From: a bacterium
GTDB lineage: Bacteria > Hinthialibacterota > Hinthialibacteria > Hinthialibacterales > Hinthialibacteraceae
Direction: 5' to 3'
Assembly (NCBI GenBank): GCA_963663405.2
Contig: CAXXSM010000122.1
Span: 64,001-128,000, forward strand
DNA length: 64,000 bases
Part shown: piece by piece, positions 52,295 to 62,339 of the stretch
Layout of the letters: each line of letters begins with the position of its first letter
Numbering within the stretch: the stretch's first letter is position 1
Notes under the pieces: generated by a model
What the model was told of the DNA's origin: nothing
The model's database searches: none
The model's input: only the letters and a program-made list of their open reading frames with translations
Position numbers and translations under genes: made by a program

Positions 52295-52884
52295 GGAATG
52301 ATATGTCATCAATAACAAAAGAGAATAAAGCGATTGCATTAGCGATAGCCAAAGTATTTGGTGGCAAACCGAGTGACCAACGGTTTTGGGATGAAGGGGA
52401 AAAGAGTTTTATCGATATACTTAAATGTATGGATCGGCCACAAGTTGGTGTAACTTCATACTCAACGATAGGACTATCTGACGCGCCATTGTACAAAGAT
52501 GGTGTAGAATATCCAGTTCGTTTGGAAATAGTAGGAGCTTGCGGGAGCGGATTCACTTATTTTGATAATGCTCTCGCCACAGCAGCTTTTTGCATTATCA
52601 ACTCAAAATGGTTCTGCTATCCAGGCGCTATTTTTAGCGATATTTTGTCGATGTTTGAAATTTCATCAACAATGCGACATCTCTTTTTTGTACCACCATT
52701 TTTATGGGAAGAAGATTTGCAAACCATAACGGTAGGTAACAAAACTGTTGCTTGGCTTTTGGCAGTTCCCATATCTAATGGCGAACGGGCGTTCTCGGAA
52801 AAAAATGGACCTGATGCTTTAGAAAATTTATTTGTAGAAAAACAAATAGATATGTTCGATTTGGATAGAAAGTCTGTGGTTTGA
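52291..52884 (+). CDS. SUFU (Suppressor of fused)-family immunity protein
   Basis: TSYSTIGLS, RLEIV, PGAIF, HLFFVPPFLW, VAWLLAVPIS..E and DLDRKSV; ATGA-coupled to the toxin. Confidence 0.85.
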   Translation: MRNDMSSITKENKAIALAIAKVFGGKPSDQRFWDEGEKSFIDILKCMDRPQVGVTSYSTIGLSDAPLYKDGVEYPVRLEIVGACGSGFTYFDNALATAAFCIINSKWFCYPGAIFSDILSMFEISSTMRHLFFVPPFLWEEDLQTITVGNKTVAWLLAVPISNGERAFSEKNGPDALENLFVEKQIDMFDLDRKSVV

Positions 52885-53014
52885 GATACAATTGGATAGT
52901 GTTTAAACTGAAACATTTTGCTGGGTGCCCAAGGCAAGGTTTTTCATCTGCCGGGTACCCAGGGCAATGCGAAGTCTGCCCTGGCTTAAATCTTCGGAAC
53001 GAAACGTTTCCCCT

Positions 53015-53402
53015 ATGTTCTTTATTCATAAAAATATCATCATACTCCTCGGCCTATTAATCAGCTCGTTCGCTGTCTTCAATCCATCCATACTTTACGC
53101 CGTGAATGTGATTGGTGAATATGTTCCATCTCCACAATTTCGATCTATTGACGATGAAGAGATCACTCCTGAAACGTGGCGTAGTATCCATCTAGAAATA
53201 CGCAAAACCGATGGAAGCAAGGCCAAAATTGATTTGCTACGGCCGCTTTGGTGGCTGGAGGAAGCTAAAGCGGAAGTTGGAGGTACGCTCAACCTTTCGA
53301 TACTCGAAATGGGCATCGAAGGTGACGCCAAGATTTTAAAGATCGGGCCATGTACCACCGATTCTCGTAATAGAGATCCGAAATATCAGGTCGTTACCGG
53401 CA
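53015..53402 (+). pseudogene. Toxin cassette 4, leader only, 3'-truncated
   Basis: Near-identical to the first ~130 codons of cassette 2; homology stops at QVVTG. Confidence 0.85.
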
Positions 53403-53468
53403 GGGAATCTCAATAGTTCTTTTCATGAATCGGATTATTGCTGATCCGCTCAAAGAAATCTCCAATAT

Positions 53469-55799
53469 CAGACCTCCTGAGCTGGGCCGGGGGATTCCGT
53501 AGAGTTGATGATTTTGGCAAGATACCTTTTTGGGGATAAAAATGCTCGATCCGAAAAGGAGCCCGGTTGATGCCACAAGGATTCTTACCCCACTTTGCCG
53601 ATGTCGAGGAAGGCTACATCACCGATGTACTCTCGTACCGGAAGCAGGACGGTTCGGTCTATTATTTTCATGGCGCCTTTCCTATTTACACGCATCCGGA
53701 AACCGATCAAAAGAGTTTCCGTTTGATTACCAGTCAGTTTGTCGTGAACGGGCAATGCACGCAAATGGAGATTGTCCGAGCGTTTGGCGTGAGCGCGATC
53801 AGCGTGAAGCGGTGGGTCAAGAAATACCGGAAAGGCGGAGCGGCGGCGTTTTTTGAAACGCCTCGAACGCGAGGCGCGCATGTCTTGACAAAAGACGTCC
53901 TCCAGCAAGCGCAAGAGTTCTTGAACGAGGGGCTCTCTCGAGCGGAGATCGCCGATCAGTTGGGCCTTAAGCGGAATACGTTGAATAAGGCGATCCAAGC
54001 CGGCCGCCTGGTGGAGCCGCTAAAAAAAACGATGCCGGAGGCCGCCCGAAAAGCGAGCGAAGCGTAGAAGACAGCCAAGCGGCGATGGGGATGGGCTGTA
54101 CGCGAATGGTGGAGCGGGTCTGCGCGGCGACCGGGCAGTTGGAGGAAGCCCCGACTCGTTTCGAGACGGAATTGGATGTGGCGCAAGGCGGCGTGTTATG
54201 GGCGATGCCCGCGTTACTCGCCAACGGGCTGCTGAAGAATGTCTCGAAGAACTTTTCTCTCCCCAAAGGATTTTACAGTTGCGTCCACATTTTTATTGTG
54301 TTGGCTTTCATGGCGTTGACGCGGATCAAAACGCCGGAACAGTTGCGCTATCATCCCGCGGGGGAAGGGGGCAAGTTACTGGGCTTAGATCGAATTCCCG
54401 AAGTGCGGACCCTGCGGGAAAAAATCAAAATTCTCGCCCAACCAGACCAGATCAAAGAATGGGGGGACGAATTGTCCCGGGAGTGGATGGAGGCGGATCC
54501 GGACGCGGCGGGCGTTTTATATGTCGATGGTCATGTCCGCGTCTATCACGGTTCGCAAACGAAACTGCCCCGCCGCTATGTCGCGCGTCAACGATTATGT
54601 TTGCGTGGACTCACCGACTATTGGGTGAACGACGGCGAAGGCCGCCCCTTCTTTGTGGTGAGCACTCCATTCACCACCGGCTTGTTGGATCGGCTCAAAC
54701 AAGACATTGTTCCACAGTTGCTAAAAGATGTTCCCCATCAACCCACGGCCGAAAACCTTGAATCCAATCCCTATCTCCACCGGTTCGTCCTGGTGTTCGA
54801 CCGGGAAGGCTATAGCCCCGGATTCTTCGCTCAGATGTGGGATTCGCGGATCGCGTGTCAAACGTACCGCAAGTTTCAGGGAGAAGATTGGCCAGTTTCA
54901 GAATTCGAGACAGTGAATGTGCGTCTGCCTGGTGGGCATGAATCGCCGATGCGCTTGGCCGAGAGAGGCGTCTTTCTGGGAGGAAAAATCTGGGTGCGGG
55001 AGATTCGCAAGTTGGGGGATACAGGGCATCAAACCGCTGTGATCAGTACGGATTATACATCGGATGCGAGTCAACTGGCGGCGCATATGTTCGCGCGTTG
55101 GTGTCAGGAAAACTTCTTTCGGTACATGATGGAACACTTTCATTTAGATGGACTTATCGGGTATGAAACGGTCTTGCCGGATGAGACGGTGAAAGTGGTG
55201 AATCCGGCCTATCGGAAATTGGAAAGTCAGATCAAAAGCCTGGCGGGGAAAAAGACTCGAAAGCAAGCGGAATTCGGCGCCCTTGTCCTAAAGGAATCCT
55301 CCGATCCGAAAGAGATCGAATGCTATGAAATCCAGAAAGGCGCCCTCCTTGAAGAGATCGGAGGGATGGAGAAACAACTCGATGAGTTCAAGCGGAGCCG
55401 GAAGCAAACGAAAAAGCATATCGCGTTTGTGGACTTGCCAGAGGAGGCAAAATTTCACCAATTGGCTCCAGCGAAGAAACAATTCATGGATACGATTCGA
55501 ATGATTGCGTATCGGGCGGAAACGGCGATGGTGGCAATCCTGCGGGAGGTGCTGAGCCGGGGAGACGATGCGCGTTCGTTGGCGCGGGAAATCATGACCA
55601 CCGAGGCGGATCTGATTCCCGATGAAGAAAAAGAGATTCTCACGGTTCGGCTCCATCACTTGACCAACCGCCTTTCCGATCAAGCCGCCCGTCATTTGGC
55701 CGCTCAATTGAATGAAACCGAAACCATTTATCCTGGCACGAATCTACGTCTCGTTTACCAATTGGTGTCAGATCAATATCCCCCAGATCAGGAGGTCTG
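53469..55799 (+). mobile_element. Two-ORF insertion sequence (unclassified, ISNCY-like)
   Basis: IR CAGACCTCCTGAGCTGGG / CCCAGATCAGGAGGTCTG and 5-bp target duplication AATAT. Confidence 0.88.
53570..54067 (+). CDS. IS orfA, double-HTH protein
   Basis: EIVRAFGVSAISVKRWVKKY and SRAEIADQLGLKRNTL; A8 run near 54022. Confidence 0.8.
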   Translation: MPQGFLPHFADVEEGYITDVLSYRKQDGSVYYFHGAFPIYTHPETDQKSFRLITSQFVVNGQCTQMEIVRAFGVSAISVKRWVKKYRKGGAAAFFETPRTRGAHVLTKDVLQQAQEFLNEGLSRAEIADQLGLKRNTLNKAIQAGRLVEPLKKTMPEAARKASEA

Positions 55800-55800
55800 A
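54085..55800 (+). CDS. IS orfB, putative DDE transposase
   Basis: LYVDGH, VFDREG and RWCQENFF acidic motifs within the IRs. Confidence 0.8.
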   Translation: MGMGCTRMVERVCAATGQLEEAPTRFETELDVAQGGVLWAMPALLANGLLKNVSKNFSLPKGFYSCVHIFIVLAFMALTRIKTPEQLRYHPAGEGGKLLGLDRIPEVRTLREKIKILAQPDQIKEWGDELSREWMEADPDAAGVLYVDGHVRVYHGSQTKLPRRYVARQRLCLRGLTDYWVNDGEGRPFFVVSTPFTTGLLDRLKQDIVPQLLKDVPHQPTAENLESNPYLHRFVLVFDREGYSPGFFAQMWDSRIACQTYRKFQGEDWPVSEFETVNVRLPGGHESPMRLAERGVFLGGKIWVREIRKLGDTGHQTAVISTDYTSDASQLAAHMFARWCQENFFRYMMEHFHLDGLIGYETVLPDETVKVVNPAYRKLESQIKSLAGKKTRKQAEFGALVLKESSDPKEIECYEIQKGALLEEIGGMEKQLDEFKRSRKQTKKHIAFVDLPEEAKFHQLAPAKKQFMDTIRMIAYRAETAMVAILREVLSRGDDARSLAREIMTTEADLIPDEEKEILTVRLHHLTNRLSDQAARHLAAQLNETETIYPGTNLRLVYQLVSDQYPPDQEV

Positions 55801-55905
55801 ATATAGCGGAGCAAGTGACTGCAGGAAATCTACGCATGAAAATCAGGACGGAGACACGAGCGGATGAAATGGGAAATAATTACGGTCAATAAAGTTGTGT
55901 TGTGA

Positions 55906-56988
55906 TTATTTCTGATTTAGTTTCAAGAGACCAAGTCGATAGGGTAAAAGTTCGTATCTACCTCCAGATGATGGATCACGTCCCTGAAAAAGAAGTTGTA
56001 GGTTGTTGGGATCAATTGTCATCGTTTCATCGTATCCATCGCGGAGTAATTCTCCATGACTGATGTCCTTGGTCCATGCTTCAACTCCTTCTGCAAAGGA
56101 GACATTGTTGATTCCGGCAAACGGTGTATCCCATGTGTTAGCGTTGGTTACTTCCGTCCAATTTCCATTTAGGTGATCAGCAATCCAGGCACGGTAATAG
56201 CGGGCAGGACCAATCGCTTCGACAAGTGTTATATATTTATCAATGCCTTTGATCTTATAAGTCATGCTGCCTTCAAAAACATCAAATCGTCTTCCTTCGA
56301 TAATCACTTCCGGTTCACTCATTCCTTTGGGGAAATCCTCGATCTTAGTCCGGCTACGATATGTACGCCCGTTATCACCAGTGAAAAACAGGTAGGCATG
56401 TGTGTCGTCACAAATCACCCAATAGTCAATCCATAAGCGTGGAGCGGTGTCAGGTTTTGAATCAAAAAAGTCTTGCGGCTTGGTCCAGGTTTCCGGTTTG
56501 GAAAGATCATCCGTTGTACAATACTGAGGTTGTTGAGATTGAAAAATTAAATACCATTTCTTGTGTGGACGGAAATAGAATAAATTTGGAGCACAATGAT
56601 ATCCGGTTAAATTTGGATTTTGATCGACAAAATGCAATTTGGCATTGGGCGCATCAGACCAGTCTTTAAAATTCAGGTACACCATATTCCAGGTTCTGGC
56701 GGATGTTGAATAGATCGTGGCATAGATGTGCCATAGATCATTGTAACGAACCACTGTAGGATCTTTAAACCGATACTATGCTATGGGTTTCGTCTGAGAC
56801 AGGCTTTACCAGGATATCCGAAGATGTCCATTTTAATGGTGTGTCAAATGGCGCTTCGATGGTAGTTTTACTCTCTGTTACGGGAGTGTCAGTTTGGTTT
56901 TGTGATGCTGAATCTGAAATAAAGGTAAAAAGAACACAGCATACGAACGCCATTGAGACAGCAAAATGAGTAATTTTAGATTTTTTCA
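55906..56988 (-). CDS. GH62 alpha-L-arabinofuranosidase, 1-bp frameshift near 56767
   Basis: Signal peptide and KWTSS.IL..P...SV/KDPTVVRY split across frames; APNLFYF, IDYWVICD, FEGS, ISHGELLR and LPYRLGLL. Confidence 0.85.
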
Positions 56989-57037
56989 TTAGTAGACCTT
57001 TCAAAAATATATTAATCTATTTAAGAATTCATTTCGG

Positions 57038-59836
57038 TTATTGACTTCTAATCGTTAATTGTGTTTTTTGCAATTCTGGAGATTCTGCTGTTATAGTTAT
57101 CAATCCTGTCTTCCCTGTCATTGAGCGGACAATCACTAAAGCCAATCCGTTAAAAGCATTTCGTTCGCAAGACACAAAAGGCGTGAAGTCTGTGGGATCG
57201 CCATTATCTGTAGCGACAATCTCGCCAGGCCCTTCTAGTGTAAATTTGATAAGGTTGTCTCCAATAGGCACTGTCAATCCATCTGTATCGGTCACTTTCA
57301 CTGTAATAAACACCAAATCATATCCATCAGACTGAATAACCGTACGATCCGCTTCAGTTTCTAGCCTTGCTGGTTTGCCCGTTGTACGAACTTCATCTTC
57401 AGCCCAAGGTTTTCCGTCTTTATATGCCACCGCTTTAAGCAGTCCAGGTTCATATACCACATCATCCCAGCGTAAGCGATATTCATAAGAGCCTTTTTTC
57501 TTGCGTCCAAGCGATTTGTCGTTGAGGAAGAGTTCTACTACATCTCCAGATGTAAAGACATGAACAGGCGTAACTTGTCCAATCCGATCCGGCCAATTCC
57601 AATGCGGTAGGATATGAATCATGGGCAGATCAGGTCGCCAACGGGATTGATACAGATAAAACCGGTCTTTCTTAAAACCGGCCAGATCAATGATTCCAAA
57701 GTAAGAACTGCGGGCTCCATAATATGGAGTTGGTTCTCCGAGATAATCCCAACCGCTCCATACAAATCCCCCAGCGACATAAGGATGTCGATCCAGAGAT
57801 GAAAATACTTTGTCCGTTGAAGAACCAAACGGAGTCGTATACAACTCATAGGAACTGACGTACTGTTTTTGGGGATCGCCGCCCTGTCCATCTTTGATAG
57901 GAGCGCTGATCCCATCAAAAACCGGGAAAAGGTATGTTCCACGGGAGCTAACTGCGGCGGCGTTCTCGCTGCTAACGATTACTTTATTGGGGAATGTTTC
58001 ATGAAAGGCCGGATAAAGTGGTGGAGTATTTATTCCTCTGAGACCTTTATAAGCAGGAGCGTTACGAATTCCTTCTCCCTGGTAATTCAGGCTTATAAGA
58101 TCCATCGTGCCCGGCATGGGCATATCAGGTTTCGCAAAATTCATCGAAGCGGTTGAAGGACGTGTGGGATCTTCTTCATAAGCGATATCCCGCAAACGTT
58201 TCGAAACCGCAGCGCCTTCTTCGCCTGTATATTGCTCGCCGACTTCATTCCCAACACTCCAGGCGATCACGGAGGGACAATTTCTATCCCGTCGAATAAA
58301 GGAACGCAAATCCTGTTCATGCCAATCAGGAAAAAAGAGATGAGAATCAAGAGGAGTTTTCTTCCGCTCCCATACGTCAAAGATCTCATCAATGACAAGA
58401 AATCCCATTCGATCGGTTAATTCAAGCAATTCAGGCGCAGGAGGATTATGAGCTGTTCTTATGGCGTTGCATCCCATTTCACGCAATATCTCAAGTTGAC
58501 GTTCTGCTGCACGAGTATTAAACGCAGCGCCCAAGGCGCCGAGATCATGGTGCTGGTTTACTCCGTTGATAAAAATGCGCTCGCCATTGACGTGAATCCC
58601 TTCATTCGGATCGAAATGTAATGTGCGAATTCCGAACCGCGTCTCATATTGATCCAAGATTGCATCGTCTTGCTTTATGGTCGTAACCGCCATATAGAGA
58701 TTTGGCTTTTGCGTTGGAGGTGGTCCCCACAGGCGTGGATTTTCGAGAACAACGGTCCCTATTACTTTTGCTCTTTTTTTGGTATGTATATTAATATTAG
58801 GAGAAACAAAACGAGCGACAGGATTCCCGATTTTATTTCCATCTAAATCCATGATAATAATATCGGTTGTTGTATTTACAGTCGTATTGTTTTCTGAATC
58901 ATTTTCAATTGAAATTTCCAGGTCGATTACAGCGGATTTCTTGGTTACATTGCTTGTTGTTATATAAGTTCCCCATTGGGCAATATGGATCGGATTGGTT
59001 TTAGTCAACCAGACATTGCGATAGATCCCTCCACCTGGATACCATCGTGAAGAATCGGGAGGATTATCCAAACGGATTGCCAACTGGTTTTCACCACCGG
59101 GTTTGACATAAGGCGTTAAATCAACTCTCCAAGAAGCGTATCCATAAGGCCATCCGCCTACCAAATAACCGTTGAACCATACCATGGCATAGGACATGGC
59201 TCCATCAACTTCAAGAATGATGGATTTTCCCTTATCCGATGCGGGAATATCCAGTTTTTTCCGGCACCAAGCGACGCCTGGGCTAGGCAGCCGTCCCATA
59301 CCGCCCCCGACAGGAACTCTCCAGCCTTCATAAAAAGGGCCTTTGATCGCCCAGTCATGCGGCAAGTCAACATCTTCCCATGAAGAATCATCAAAATCAA
59401 GTTGAACAAATGGAAAATCATAGCCTGGATTTCCTTCAGGACGGTTATGACGCTTATTGGGATCAGCAATATACTTATTCCCAGTAGGCAGAATCCAAGG
59501 CTTAAGCGTCTTTTTGGTTACTTCTACTTTAACTGTGTCGGTTGGTTCTGTATCCGCGTCACGATCGTCTCTAAAATTCCCAACTTTCGGGCGCTCATCA
59601 TAAATTAAATCATCCGCATCGGTTATCGATTGGTATTTGAAAAAGCGCCAGTCTTCATTGATGGAAATGCGCTGCCGAGGAATATTTCCTTTCTCCGAGT
59701 CCTTTATTTGAGCCATCGTTTGCAGACAAAACAGTACAACGAGTAAAACCGTTGATACGATCGAAATCAGTATTGGCGTATTAATTCGGCGTTTTATAAA
59801 GAATCGTCTCACCGCTCTATCTCTCCTTCCTTGCAT
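57038..59836 (-). CDS. GH2 beta-galactosidase-like glycoside hydrolase
   Basis: LPHDW, SSRWYPGGGIYRNV, GVNQHHDLG, NAIRTAHNP, WSVGNE and WSGWDYLGEPTP. Confidence 0.92.
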   Translation of the reverse strand: MQGRRDRAVRRFFIKRRINTPILISIVSTVLLVVLFCLQTMAQIKDSEKGNIPRQRISINEDWRFFKYQSITDADDLIYDERPKVGNFRDDRDADTEPTDTVKVEVTKKTLKPWILPTGNKYIADPNKRHNRPEGNPGYDFPFVQLDFDDSSWEDVDLPHDWAIKGPFYEGWRVPVGGGMGRLPSPGVAWCRKKLDIPASDKGKSIILEVDGAMSYAMVWFNGYLVGGWPYGYASWRVDLTPYVKPGGENQLAIRLDNPPDSSRWYPGGGIYRNVWLTKTNPIHIAQWGTYITTSNVTKKSAVIDLEISIENDSENNTTVNTTTDIIIMDLDGNKIGNPVARFVSPNINIHTKKRAKVIGTVVLENPRLWGPPPTQKPNLYMAVTTIKQDDAILDQYETRFGIRTLHFDPNEGIHVNGERIFINGVNQHHDLGALGAAFNTRAAERQLEILREMGCNAIRTAHNPPAPELLELTDRMGFLVIDEIFDVWERKKTPLDSHLFFPDWHEQDLRSFIRRDRNCPSVIAWSVGNEVGEQYTGEEGAAVSKRLRDIAYEEDPTRPSTASMNFAKPDMPMPGTMDLISLNYQGEGIRNAPAYKGLRGINTPPLYPAFHETFPNKVIVSSENAAAVSSRGTYLFPVFDGISAPIKDGQGGDPQKQYVSSYELYTTPFGSSTDKVFSSLDRHPYVAGGFVWSGWDYLGEPTPYYGARSSYFGIIDLAGFKKDRFYLYQSRWRPDLPMIHILPHWNWPDRIGQVTPVHVFTSGDVVELFLNDKSLGRKKKGSYEYRLRWDDVVYEPGLLKAVAYKDGKPWAEDEVRTTGKPARLETEADRTVIQSDGYDLVFITVKVTDTDGLTVPIGDNLIKFTLEGPGEIVATDNGDPTDFTPFVSCERNAFNGLALVIVRSMTGKTGLITITAESPELQKTQLTIRSQ

Positions 59837-60233
59837 TCCTTTAAACGATACCCATCAGCACTGTCATTGAATTGCATTCAGATCACGATTCAGTATTATT
59901 GTATTCCCTGCATCAATTTGGAGGCTTTTCGTTTGTTCGTTATAACGGATATTGCACTTGTTACCGTTTTTGCTGTGGATTATGGCTTTATCCAGTTTTC
60001 TGTTTTCCCACTCCAGATCAATTTCAAATCCGCCTTTGGCGCATCAACCTTGAATCGATCCATTGGCGAAAGCCTTCGGCAGAGCAGGAAGAAGCAAAAT
60101 TTCATAGTCGTATTCTGGACGTCTTTCAAAGGGATTACTTTTATTTGTCTTCGATTGTATAAAAAATATATTCTCATTCAAGATTTTTGAGGGTAAATGA
60201 GCTCGAATCGAGAATCATCATTGGAGGAAACAA

Positions 60234-62249
60234 ATGGAACGTTATACGATTTTACTTCTCTTAGTCTTTTTGGTATCAACGAGTGTCTCCGCTCAGACGA
60301 TCCCATACGAGTATGTCACTGAATTTTCCACCCCAACCAACCTCGGCCAACCAATCGCGATTGCGATTGACGCCAATGGAGGAGTGTATTACACGCTCCT
60401 TGCCGCATCAGAAGCCAATACCACAGGCTGTTTTTATGTCGCCAATCCACTCCAAGCTCCCGCTCCAGACAGCCATATCCTAATCGATGATGGCCTTATT
60501 GTAGATGTCCCCACTGGCCGTGGAATCGTCGGGATTGATGTTGATCAAGCCGGCAATGTCTATCTTGCCATGGACTCTGGAACCAACAACACATCATCTA
60601 TCACCAAACGTGGTCCCGCGCCGGATTTCGCCTATATTGACGAGTTTGGAGGATTCGCAATGGTCTTCGGTCAACGCTATAACGGGGTCGCGGTTCTTAC
60701 CAACAATCTCATCGCCGTTACCACCTTTTCGACCGTTCAATTTTTAGACGCGATCACTGGCGAAATACTGTACGAAGTCACTGGTGGTGAAAACTATCAG
60801 CGGGATATCGCGTACAATCCCACCACCCATGACTTGTATATCGCCAAGAATGGGAACGATTCAAACCGTTCCGCAAGCCTCCTTTCTGGAGGTACGCCCG
60901 ACAATCTTCAAGGATACACCGAAATACAATCAGGATTCATCCCACAAGGAGGCGTTGGAGGAACGTATGGAATCAAAAACCAACTACTAAGCTACGATCA
61001 TGTCAATGACCTGATTTTCATTTCTGACGCCAGTACTTCTCCATCAACGATCGCGGTTTACCGCCCTTCCGACACAAGTACGCCTGCCGCCAATCTTCAT
61101 GGCTATCAATCACCGAATGGGCCTTTATTTTTACCGGCGGACGCCGCGGCATGGACCGATGAAAATGGAGAAACCTATGTGTTCGTAACGGATAGTTCCG
61201 CTTATCGAATCATGGTATTCAAAATGGGTGGAGAAGGTGAAAGTCCAGAAGATAGCGGTTCAGATGTAGAGCCTCATCATCCCTTCGCATATATAACCGA
61301 TTTCGAAACCATTCCCGACACCGGCGCCCCTATGGCCCTGGCGGTTGACGCTGATGGCGGACTCTACTACACGCTCTTTTCTACTCCACAGCCCAACACG
61401 ACAGGGTGTTATTACATAGCGGATCCCCTAAACGCCAATGGTATTGAAAACCATCTCCTGATCGATGACGGCGCCGACACTGACGTGCCAGCCAATCGTG
61501 GATTCATGGGCGTCACCATTGACAATGAAGGAGCCATTTATCTCACGATGGAAACTGGGCAAGCGGCGACCTCCAATTTAAGAAAAATTCAACCCGCGCC
61601 TGATTTCGGAATTGATTCATCGTTTAGAGGCGGCGTGATCAATTATAACAAACGTATGAACGGCATTGATTTCACCGGCAATAACATGATCGCGGTGAGT
61701 ACCTTCAATACGGTTGAATTTCTCTCCACAACCGATGGCGCTTCGTTGCATGAGATTTCTGGAGGACAAACTTATCAGCGCGACCTGGCTTTCAACACCA
61801 ATACTGGCGATATCTACCTGTCACGCAATAGCCAAAAACCGAACGAGCCTATCGGCAGCGTAAATTTGCTTTCCGGAGGTAATGTCGATAATCTGGATGG
61901 CTATGTTTTTCAGAACCATTTTATTCCCCAAGGCGCTGTAGGCGGAACCTACGGCGCCAATAGCCAGTTAATCGAATACGACGCGGTTAACAACCTAATC
62001 ATTGTTCCAGATTACACAGGGAATCAACCATTGATGGCGTTTTACGATCCCGCTAATCCTGACGAGGCGATGGCGCTGGTCGATGGAAGCGAATCTCCCA
62101 ACGGCCCCTTTGATACTCCGGCCGACGCAGTTGTATTTCATCCTTCTTCAAACGAGACCTTCGTCTTTATATCCGATATGGGCGCACGAAGGATTTACGT
62201 CTACCAGACGCGGGGTTATACAAGCGTCAACGAATGGGAATTATTTTAA
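60234..62249 (+). CDS. Secreted protein with two homologous beta-propeller-like domains
   Basis: Signal peptide; duplicated motifs (GG.YYTL, TTGC.Y.A.PL, YQRD.A.N, FIPQG.VGGTYG, SPNGP...PADA); ends TSVNEWELF. Confidence 0.85.
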   Translation: MERYTILLLLVFLVSTSVSAQTIPYEYVTEFSTPTNLGQPIAIAIDANGGVYYTLLAASEANTTGCFYVANPLQAPAPDSHILIDDGLIVDVPTGRGIVGIDVDQAGNVYLAMDSGTNNTSSITKRGPAPDFAYIDEFGGFAMVFGQRYNGVAVLTNNLIAVTTFSTVQFLDAITGEILYEVTGGENYQRDIAYNPTTHDLYIAKNGNDSNRSASLLSGGTPDNLQGYTEIQSGFIPQGGVGGTYGIKNQLLSYDHVNDLIFISDASTSPSTIAVYRPSDTSTPAANLHGYQSPNGPLFLPADAAAWTDENGETYVFVTDSSAYRIMVFKMGGEGESPEDSGSDVEPHHPFAYITDFETIPDTGAPMALAVDADGGLYYTLFSTPQPNTTGCYYIADPLNANGIENHLLIDDGADTDVPANRGFMGVTIDNEGAIYLTMETGQAATSNLRKIQPAPDFGIDSSFRGGVINYNKRMNGIDFTGNNMIAVSTFNTVEFLSTTDGASLHEISGGQTYQRDLAFNTNTGDIYLSRNSQKPNEPIGSVNLLSGGNVDNLDGYVFQNHFIPQGAVGGTYGANSQLIEYDAVNNLIIVPDYTGNQPLMAFYDPANPDEAMALVDGSESPNGPFDTPADAVVFHPSSNETFVFISDMGARRIYVYQTRGYTSVNEWELF

Positions 62250-62339
62250 CGATCAAAAGATAGCCAGTGTCTGTCAGGATAAGTCTCAAGCGATTATATT
62301 AATTGCTCTTTCAAAGGTTCTTAACAGGAGTTTCATTCT

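Noticed and set aside
49444-52985. Integron attC sites
   Set aside because: No RYYYAAC/GTTRRRY core boxes, and none of the tyrosine recombinases looks like IntI.
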